Source: Candidatus Kapaibacterium sp. (GTDB lineage Bacteria; Bacteroidota; Ignavibacteria; Kapaibacteriales; UBA2268). Taken from it: a DNA stretch of 64,000 nucleotides. Where the stretch lies: assembly GCA_963664875.1 (NCBI GenBank), contig OY761611.1:1-64000 (forward strand), in the 5' to 3' direction. The notes beneath the pieces were generated by a model. The model was not told where the DNA came from. It was given only the letters and a program-made list of their open reading frames with translations, and did no database searches. The position numbers were made by a program, and so were the translations under genes. Of the stretch, positions 57,327 through 64,000 are shown one piece after another (position 1 is the stretch's first letter; every line of letters starts with the position of its first letter).

Positions 57327-57656
57327 ATGCGCTATTTATTAGATAAAAAGTTTCCACTAAGTGCGATTAATGCAAACGAGAACCCGTTTTACGAAGAAGA
57401 AGAAGAGGTAAGTGTCAGCGACGAAACGAAGTTAAGTGCCCGTGTAATTTTATTCAATGACGAATGGCACACTTTCGATGAAGTAATTGATCAGATACTA
57501 AAAGCAATCAGATGCAGCTATGATAGGGCAGAGGCTCTGACTTGGGAAGTTCATTCCAAAGGGAAAGCCTGCGTTTACGAAGGTGAAATGCACGAATGCC
57601 TCAGAGTCAGCAATATTTTGGAGGAAATATCGCTGCATACGCAGATAGAATACTAA
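57327..57656 (+). CDS. clpS: ClpS adaptor
   Basis: VILFNDEWHTFDEV...EVHSKGKACV. Confidence 0.88.
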   Translation: MRYLLDKKFPLSAINANENPFYEEEEEVSVSDETKLSARVILFNDEWHTFDEVIDQILKAIRCSYDRAEALTWEVHSKGKACVYEGEMHECLRVSNILEEISLHTQIEY

Positions 57657-57657
57657 T

Positions 57658-58620
57658 CTATTCATCGTCATAATAGTCTTCATCGTCCTCGCCTTCTGCA
57701 AGGTAATCATCTTCCACGCTTTCGCCTTCAAACTCTTCGAAGATACTCTGTTTATCTTCATTATTTTTTTGCTCTTCGATGAATTCATCTCTGACTTTTT
57801 CTCGCTCTGCATCAGAGAGAAAAGGAACAAAACCGGGATTGTCTTTGATTACTTCGGAAGATGATTCCAGTCCGCTGTCTTCATCGAAATAGTCGAATTT
57901 GATAAGAGTCCTTTCTCCGCATTTGCAATGCACCTCTATCGACTCTAATTCACCTGACTCATCTCTGTTTACAACGACAGAAGTGGTCGAATGTCGGTTA
58001 TCTTTGAAGTTAGGGTCATCAGTTATCTCAATTTTTTTGGATTTCTTATTTATAGATTCAGATTTGATAATATTAGATTGAAATTCTGAATGTTTTTGAC
58101 CAGTTATTTTGGGAAGCTGTAAAAAATCTTTAAAATGCCCACGCATATATAATTCACGGGCTATTGCGTCTTCTTTGTCCAATTGATAAGATTCTTTGAA
58201 GATGCTTTTTAATCTTTCGTCTTCGGCAAGGCTCAAAGCTTCAAAAAGCTCATTTTCGGAAAGGTTGAACCGTTCTAAGATTGTTTCGGGAGAAATTAAA
58301 CCTGAAGATTGCAAATCAACTGAAGTTTTAAAATTTCTCTGCAATCTCTTTTGTTCGTCATAAGCTATTAGCTTTTCTATATCCTCAGGAGTCAGCGGAG
58401 GGATGCTTTTTTTTTCTAAAGAGTCTTTATTGACTACATCTGCTTTGCTAAACTCTTCTCCAAAAGGATTGTTTTCATCAACCTCTTCTTCGCGATTGAC
58501 TACATCCTTGCTGTCAAATTCCTCAGGGAAGGGGTTTTCATTGCTTATTTCAGAATCAAAATTCTTACTTTCTTTTTCGAAGTCGTCAAACTTATATGCT
58601 TTATTTGTAGTATCATCCAT
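57658..58620 (-). CDS. Acidic hypothetical protein at the end of the che operon
   Basis: Starts 19 bp after cheB; duplicated NPFxEEF..DVVN motif; HCKCG. Confidence 0.75.
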   Translation of the reverse strand: MDDTTNKAYKFDDFEKESKNFDSEISNENPFPEEFDSKDVVNREEEVDENNPFGEEFSKADVVNKDSLEKKSIPPLTPEDIEKLIAYDEQKRLQRNFKTSVDLQSSGLISPETILERFNLSENELFEALSLAEDERLKSIFKESYQLDKEDAIARELYMRGHFKDFLQLPKITGQKHSEFQSNIIKSESINKKSKKIEITDDPNFKDNRHSTTSVVVNRDESGELESIEVHCKCGERTLIKFDYFDEDSGLESSSEVIKDNPGFVPFLSDAEREKVRDEFIEEQKNNEDKQSIFEEFEGESVEDDYLAEGEDDEDYYDDE

Positions 58621-58639
58621 GATTTACAACAATTCCTAT

Positions 58640-59737
58640 TTATTTTGTCAAATTAAACAGAGAAGCCAAATACTCTGCTATGTTTGCTAATGGAATAATT
58701 TCATCTACAGCATTCCGCTTAATAACACTATTAGGCATACCCGGCACCACGCAGGACTCAGGACTCTGAGAAATTACGTATCCGCCGTTTCCATGTAACT
58801 TAGCCATTGCCTCTGCTCCGTCGCTACCCATTCCTGTCATAATTACCGCTACTGCATTGCCGTCATAAACATTATTGACTGAATCAACAAGCACATTCAC
58901 ACTAGGCTTGAAAAGCTCAGTAGATGGCTCATCCGAAATCATTATTTTTTTCCAACGACTAATAGTCATTATTTTGCCGCCGGGGGCGATGTAACAACAA
59001 CCTGCCTGCAGTCTTTCATTATCTTCGGCTTCTTTTACGCAAAGTTGAGATTTTGAGTTTAATCTGTCTGCCAAAGTCTTTGTAAAATAGGGGGGCATGT
59101 GCTGAGCTATAACTATAGGCACAGGAAATTCCTTTGGCAAATTTGGTATTACTTCATGTAATGCTACCGGCCCACCCGTGGAAATACCGATGGCAACTAT
59201 GCCTATATTTGAAGCTTTCGGCTTTGCTCTGCCTGTCAGACTATTTGACTGGTAGCTACCTGTAGTAGGTTTTATGTGATCAGTGCCATATTTGCCTGAG
59301 TATCTGCTTTTGAGTTTTCGCTTCATCAGCTGAGTTTTAATACTTGGGCTCGAGCCAAGTTCAACAATTTTATCAATTAACTCATCTTTTAGACTATGCA
59401 TCTCCGTAAAAGCCGAACGCTTTGTGATAAAGTCCATCGCACCATTTGACAGAGCTTCTACAGTTGCTTCAGCACCCTCGCTGGTCAAAGTACTTACCAT
59501 TAGGATAGGAGTGGGCATTTTGTCCATGATAATCTTTAATGCTTCTAAACCCGTCATAACCGGCATTTCTATGTCCATAGTAATCACATCAGGTTTAAGC
59601 GCTAAAGCCTTCTCAACACCCTCTTTCCCGTTAACAGCAGTATCTATAACTTCTATTTGCTCATTACTTATAATGCGAGTAAGTGTTCGCCTCATAAATA
59701 GCGAGTCATCAACTATCAAAACTCTGATTTTTTTCAT
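58640..59737 (-). CDS. cheB: Chemotaxis methylesterase
   Basis: Receiver domain plus ISTGGP, QHMP, MTGMGSDG. Confidence 0.97.
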   Translation of the reverse strand: MKKIRVLIVDDSLFMRRTLTRIISNEQIEVIDTAVNGKEGVEKALALKPDVITMDIEMPVMTGLEALKIIMDKMPTPILMVSTLTSEGAEATVEALSNGAMDFITKRSAFTEMHSLKDELIDKIVELGSSPSIKTQLMKRKLKSRYSGKYGTDHIKPTTGSYQSNSLTGRAKPKASNIGIVAIGISTGGPVALHEVIPNLPKEFPVPIVIAQHMPPYFTKTLADRLNSKSQLCVKEAEDNERLQAGCCYIAPGGKIMTISRWKKIMISDEPSTELFKPSVNVLVDSVNNVYDGNAVAVIMTGMGSDGAEAMAKLHGNGGYVISQSPESCVVPGMPNSVIKRNAVDEIIPLANIAEYLASLFNLTK

Positions 59738-59815
59738 AAGCCTAAGTATCGATTATTTATAATAAACCCCCGCATAAACAGAATTATTTGGGGGTAAAGT
59801 CAAAAAAGAACTGTA

Positions 59816-61807
59816 TTATTTTGCGTATTGAACAAATTCGTTGTTAGTGTATAAGCTTTCAACGAGTTCTGTTACATCAATAATCATAATTACAGATCCA
59901 TCACCCAATATAGTAGAGCCGGCAATACCTTTAATATTGCCAAGGTATTCGCCAAGTGATTTAATTACGATTTCCTGCTGACCTAAAAGCTCATCAACAA
60001 CAAGTCCAATTCGTTTCATACCCAGACCTACATTAACTACATATCTGCCGTCAAGCTCTTTTGTAATTTCTTTAGTCTTTAAAGTTTTATCCATTCGGAC
60101 TATCGGAAGTACTTCCTGTCTGATGCGGATAACTTCCTGTTTGTTGACACTTTTCACAGCACTTTTTTCGATAGCTACAACTTCGACAACGCTGCTCAAA
60201 GGAAGAGCGTAGGTCTCATTTTGTACTTTTACAAGCAATCCTTGGATGATAGCCAGAGTTAGAGGTAATTTGATAATGAAAGTAGAGCCTTTGTCAAGTA
60301 CTGATTCGATATCAATCATACCCTTCAGATTTTGGATATTTGTTCTTACTACATCCATACCAACGCCACGACCGGAAACGCTGGAAACTTTTTGGGCAGT
60401 AGAAAATCCCGGCATAAAAATCAGCTGGAAAGTTTCCCTGTCAGTCATAGTAGCAGCCTGTTCCTGAGTGATGACTCCTTTTTCCAAAGCTTTTGCTTTT
60501 AGTTTATTAGGATCCATACCTCTGCCGTCGTCTGAGATTTTAAGAACAATATTGTTACCTTCCTGTTCTGCATCTAAAGTAACAGTGCCGTAAGGAGGCT
60601 TTCCAAGTTTAGATCTTGTTTCAGGATCTTCGATACCATGGTCACAAGAGTTTCTAATCATGTGAACTAATGGATCATTAAGTTCTTCGATGATGCCTCT
60701 GTCTATTTCAGTCTCTTCACCCTTTACTATAAGTTTGATTTGTTTTCCGAATTCTTTGGAAAGATCTCGTACAATTCTCGGAGCTTTTTGGTAAAGTTTG
60801 CCAACAGGTACCATACGCATACGCATCACAGCAGCCTGAATCTCTGAAGTAACAAAATCTACAGCTGCAGTGGTTTCAATCAAATCACGGATATGCTCAG
60901 TGTGCTCGAACTCTTGTTCCATGATTTCAGTAATCTGTGCAAGTCTGTTCCTTCCTAATACAAGCTCCCCTGAAAGATCCATAAGCTCTTCAACTCTCGA
61001 AATATCAATACGTATAGTTTCTGTATTGACTTTCGCACCGACAGTTGCAGGTTTTTTAGCAGCTTCTTTGGCTGGTGCTTCGGGAGTCTTTGGAACAGCT
61101 GTTTTGTCTTTTGTTTCAGTAGCTTTGACTTCTTCTTTAGCTTCTGCACTAACTGCTTCTTCAGTATGATTAGCTTCTTCTACAGGTGAACCTTCATTAG
61201 CAATCTCTCCATCTTCAAAGAAATTGGAATTTACCTCAGCGAAAGCAGCCTGAATAAGTTCGAGCTCGTCGTCACTAAAATCACCGGGACCCTGAACAAT
61301 CTCAGGATTAGTCAACACAGAATTTAAAGCATTATCTTTAGGAATATCGGATTTATTAGCGTCTTTGCCGGTTTCTCCTTTGTCCGCTTTTGGGGCACTG
61401 CCACCGCCTGCACTTAAGCGTTCCAACTCATCAATAGTATTTTGATAGTCCACCTTATCATTGATACCTTGTTGGAGTTGATTCATAAGGAACTGAATCC
61501 AATCCTGCACTTCCAGTAAAACATCGGTAATAGCCTGATTAGCTTTTAGTTCCTCACGACGAAGTTTGTTAAGCAAATCTTCGGCATGGTGAGTGATGTG
61601 AGCTATAGAATCAAATCCCATAAAAGAAGAAGTCCCTTTGATTGTATGGAAACTTCTAAAAATGCGATTGAGAAGCTCCATATCATCAGGATTATCTTCC
61701 ATTAACATCAAATCTTGAGAAAGACTATCAATAAGTTCTTGAGTTTCAACTAAAAATCCCTCGAAAATCTCTTGCATTTCCGGGTCATTAAACATAGCTT
61801 CAGACAT
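59816..61807 (-). CDS. cheA: Chemotaxis histidine kinase
   Basis: Hpt FRSFHTIKG, HMIRNSCDHG, SGRGVGMDVV, C-terminal CheW domain. Confidence 0.97.
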   Translation of the reverse strand: MSEAMFNDPEMQEIFEGFLVETQELIDSLSQDLMLMEDNPDDMELLNRIFRSFHTIKGTSSFMGFDSIAHITHHAEDLLNKLRREELKANQAITDVLLEVQDWIQFLMNQLQQGINDKVDYQNTIDELERLSAGGGSAPKADKGETGKDANKSDIPKDNALNSVLTNPEIVQGPGDFSDDELELIQAAFAEVNSNFFEDGEIANEGSPVEEANHTEEAVSAEAKEEVKATETKDKTAVPKTPEAPAKEAAKKPATVGAKVNTETIRIDISRVEELMDLSGELVLGRNRLAQITEIMEQEFEHTEHIRDLIETTAAVDFVTSEIQAAVMRMRMVPVGKLYQKAPRIVRDLSKEFGKQIKLIVKGEETEIDRGIIEELNDPLVHMIRNSCDHGIEDPETRSKLGKPPYGTVTLDAEQEGNNIVLKISDDGRGMDPNKLKAKALEKGVITQEQAATMTDRETFQLIFMPGFSTAQKVSSVSGRGVGMDVVRTNIQNLKGMIDIESVLDKGSTFIIKLPLTLAIIQGLLVKVQNETYALPLSSVVEVVAIEKSAVKSVNKQEVIRIRQEVLPIVRMDKTLKTKEITKELDGRYVVNVGLGMKRIGLVVDELLGQQEIVIKSLGEYLGNIKGIAGSTILGDGSVIMIIDVTELVESLYTNNEFVQYAK

Positions 61808-61842
61808 AATAATCTCCGATTACTATTTTAGTATAATTATTT

Positions 61843-62937
61843 TCAACCAAAAAGAGCGTCAATGTCATCCTGAGAAGCAGGACCATCAGAATCACCGAAC
61901 AGTGCATCAATATCATCTTGCGAAGCAGACGAATCAGTGTCATCCGAGTCATCAGCTGCAGGCGAATTGAATAGAGCATCAATATCGTCATTAGATGCCG
62001 GAGATGAATCATCTTCCATGTTAGAAAACAAAGCGTCAATATCATCCTGCGAAGCAGGAGAATTATCTACAGGTGGTTCAGGTTCGGCTTGTTTGTTTTC
62101 CTCTCCGGAAGCCATACTTTTTTCGTTTTCTCTTAGCAATTCTTCGATATCTGCATCTGCCGAGAAAATAGCATCTACCTGACCCTGTCTGACTTCTTTG
62201 TGTTCAATAGCTGAAACGGCTTCAGGATCAAATGCTATAGCTCTGTGCATTTTGGAAACGTTAGTGTTATCTACCGGACCTTCTTCTGCGTCAATCAAAT
62301 CCTGAATATTAGAATCCTGGAAATTTTTAAGTATTCTGCCGAGTTTTCCTTGGATTGTTTCCAAAAGGTTATTAACCGCAGCGATTTGCTGCGAAGTAAT
62401 ATCCTGCACCTGCAAAGACATCATAATCGAACTGGAGTCCATAGCGATGCTTTGAGTAAGCTCATTGGTTTCATCAACAATCTTCATCACACTTTGGTTT
62501 TTAGATTGCTTAAGGCTATTTATAGTTTTAGCGAGATGAGGCATTACCTCTTTCATGTTACTTCCTGAGTCAATACCTTTGTATATGATTTCAAGAAGTT
62601 TGAGGTGATTAGCCATTTTTTTGCTAACAATTTCGTTCAGTTTATTTGTGTTAGAAGTAATTATGTCTGATTTATATACCAAACCATCGACAATATCCAT
62701 AATTTCCGTAGTCGCAAGCTCAGTCGCTTCCGTTACTTTGGAAAGCTGCTTAGAAGCATTTGGCATTTTGGATAAATTTTCTTGGATAGAATGGTTAATA
62801 TCATCAAGTAAGGGTTGGATTTCACTTACAAACAGGAAAATTTCTTCTAAAAAAGGTATGACTCTTTGCCCAAGAACAAATAGTGCTCTCAGTTCATCAG
62901 CTTTTTTCAATAAAACTGAGACATCTTTATTATTCAT
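61843..62937 (-). CDS. cheZ: CheZ-like phosphatase with a repeated C-terminal motif
   Basis: ATELATTEIMD, LQVQDITSQQI (DxxxQ), S(Q/N)DDIDALF four times. Confidence 0.8.
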   Translation of the reverse strand: MNNKDVSVLLKKADELRALFVLGQRVIPFLEEIFLFVSEIQPLLDDINHSIQENLSKMPNASKQLSKVTEATELATTEIMDIVDGLVYKSDIITSNTNKLNEIVSKKMANHLKLLEIIYKGIDSGSNMKEVMPHLAKTINSLKQSKNQSVMKIVDETNELTQSIAMDSSSIMMSLQVQDITSQQIAAVNNLLETIQGKLGRILKNFQDSNIQDLIDAEEGPVDNTNVSKMHRAIAFDPEAVSAIEHKEVRQGQVDAIFSADADIEELLRENEKSMASGEENKQAEPEPPVDNSPASQDDIDALFSNMEDDSSPASNDDIDALFNSPAADDSDDTDSSASQDDIDALFGDSDGPASQDDIDALFG

Positions 62938-62962
62938 AATCTGTCTCCGAATAAGAGGTTTG

Positions 62963-63337
62963 TTACTTGTTTAGTTGAGTTAAAATAGTTTCCATTTTTT
63001 CCTTTAATACCTGAGGAGTGAAAGGCTTAACAACATAGTTATTAACCTTAGCTTTTAGAGCTTCGATAATATCCTGTTTCAACCCACGAGTAGTAACCAT
63101 AAGTATAGGCAAATGCTTGAACTTGTCGCTGGAGCGAATAGCAACAGTGAGCTCTAAGCCGGTCATATTAGGCATATTCCAATCCGTAATAACAAAGTCA
63201 ATTGGACCTTCTTCCAATTTTGCCATAGCCTCATGACCATCACCTGCTTCTACCACGTCATTGTGACCAAAAGTTTTCAACGCATTGATTACAATTCTGC
63301 GCATAGTAGGGGAATCGTCAACAACTAAAAAACGCAT
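62963..63337 (-). CDS. cheY: Chemotaxis response regulator
   Basis: VDDS, TDWNMP, YVVKPFT; directly upstream of cheZ. Confidence 0.92.
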   Translation of the reverse strand: MRFLVVDDSPTMRRIVINALKTFGHNDVVEAGDGHEAMAKLEEGPIDFVITDWNMPNMTGLELTVAIRSSDKFKHLPILMVTTRGLKQDIIEALKAKVNNYVVKPFTPQVLKEKMETILTQLNK

Positions 63338-63384
63338 CCCTATTTTCCTCTAAAAATTTAATTAAAACTATTAATTTCATTGTG

Positions 63385-63750
63385 TTAAGAGAGAAACTTA
63401 GCCACTTCGTACTGAATTCTTTTAGTATTGAAAGGTTTAATCAGATACGAATTAGCTCCTGCATCGAGCCCGGCATTTATATCTTCATCTTTAGAAAGCG
63501 AAGACAAGATAATAATGGGCAAATCTTTGTATTCGGCAGATTCTCTAATCGTTTTTATTAGTTTTAAACCATCTATATTAGGCATATTCAAATCAGTTAC
63601 CAGCAGATCTATATTCTCAGTTGGAAGCTTTTCAAGTGCATCCATACCATCAACAGCAGGTATTACCTTGTATCCTTTGATTTTCAGAGCCAAAGTGATA
63701 AACTTTCTTACTGCAGCTGAATCTTCGGCAATTAAAATTGTTTTTGGCAT
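63385..63750 (-). CDS. Single-domain CheY-like response regulator
   Basis: AEDS, TDLNMP, YLIKPF. Confidence 0.88.
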   Translation of the reverse strand: MPKTILIAEDSAAVRKFITLALKIKGYKVIPAVDGMDALEKLPTENIDLLVTDLNMPNIDGLKLIKTIRESAEYKDLPIIILSSLSKDEDINAGLDAGANSYLIKPFNTKRIQYEVAKFLS

Positions 63751-63809
63751 TGTCTTTTCTCGAAATTACTTAATCTTTCTTTTTTGATGAAATTAAATGA
63801 TAGTAATGC

Positions 63810-64000
63810 TTAGTCTTTTTTGTAAGCCATCGCTTTTGGCAAGTGCACCAGCTTGAATGCTTTAGTGATACCGTGCAATGATTCGGAATAGCCTATAAAT
63901 AAATAGCTTCCTTTGTTCATTGCATTGTATAGGTTGTTCACCACTTTTTGCTTCGATGGTATATCAAAGTAAATCAATACATTACAGCAAAAAACAACGT
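63810..64000 (-). CDS. cheR: Chemotaxis methyltransferase, 3' end only (absent from the ORF track)
   Basis: Manual translation VVFCCNVLIYFDIPSKQKVV...YLFIGYSESL...AYKKD*. Confidence 0.9.
   Translation of the reverse strand, partial: VVFCCNVLIYFDIPSKQKVVNNLYNAMNKGSYLFIGYSESLHGITKAFKLVHLPKAMAYKKD

Noticed and set aside
2250-63787. Many short antisense or nested ORFs in the track (e.g. 3721-4143, 21664-22197, 39952-40446, 56087-56563)
   Set aside because: Shadows of well-supported genes, with no RBS or motifs
1-64000. CRISPR array, cas genes or rRNA
   Set aside because: No regularly spaced repeats or rRNA-like sequence seen by eye; the PD-(D/E)xK domain is helicase-fused, not Cas4

Overview
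AT-rich bacterial chromosome segment, most consistent with an FCB-group organism such as Kapabacteria or Ignavibacteria (inference from TAnnTTTG promoters, a T9SS-type C-terminal domain and che genes). The left arm (1-11.6 kb) has a histidine kinase, a MITE, a radical SAM/SPASM gene followed by a protein with a Cys-every-third tail, SPFH, a glutathione peroxidase, a candidate sRNA, an octaheme cytochrome/cytochrome b/YeeE sulfur operon and a tRNA-Ile2(CAT). The right arm (39-64 kb) is housekeeping: purB, speA, pepE, nuoLMN, clpS and cheR-cheY-cheY-cheZ-cheA-cheB. Between them (~11.65-38.9 kb) is an integrase-less accessory island starting right after the tRNA. Its main feature is a WYL-domain regulator plus six copies of one promoter-linked box (sense consensus G[T/A]CAY-N4-TGTCGC-N9-TAnATT), each upstream of a different island transcription unit. 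The boxed units encode a UvrD-nuclease fusion, four DUF6745-like paralogues with a single small His-rich partner, a SLOG/DprA-like protein and an esterase-nucleotidase fusion. The island also holds McrBC, two paralogues with a possible beta-pore domain, a duplicated Cys-tailed gene pair behind a candidate RNA switch, and IS256, DUF2779 and attC remnants. All family assignments are by motif recognition only; no searches were run.
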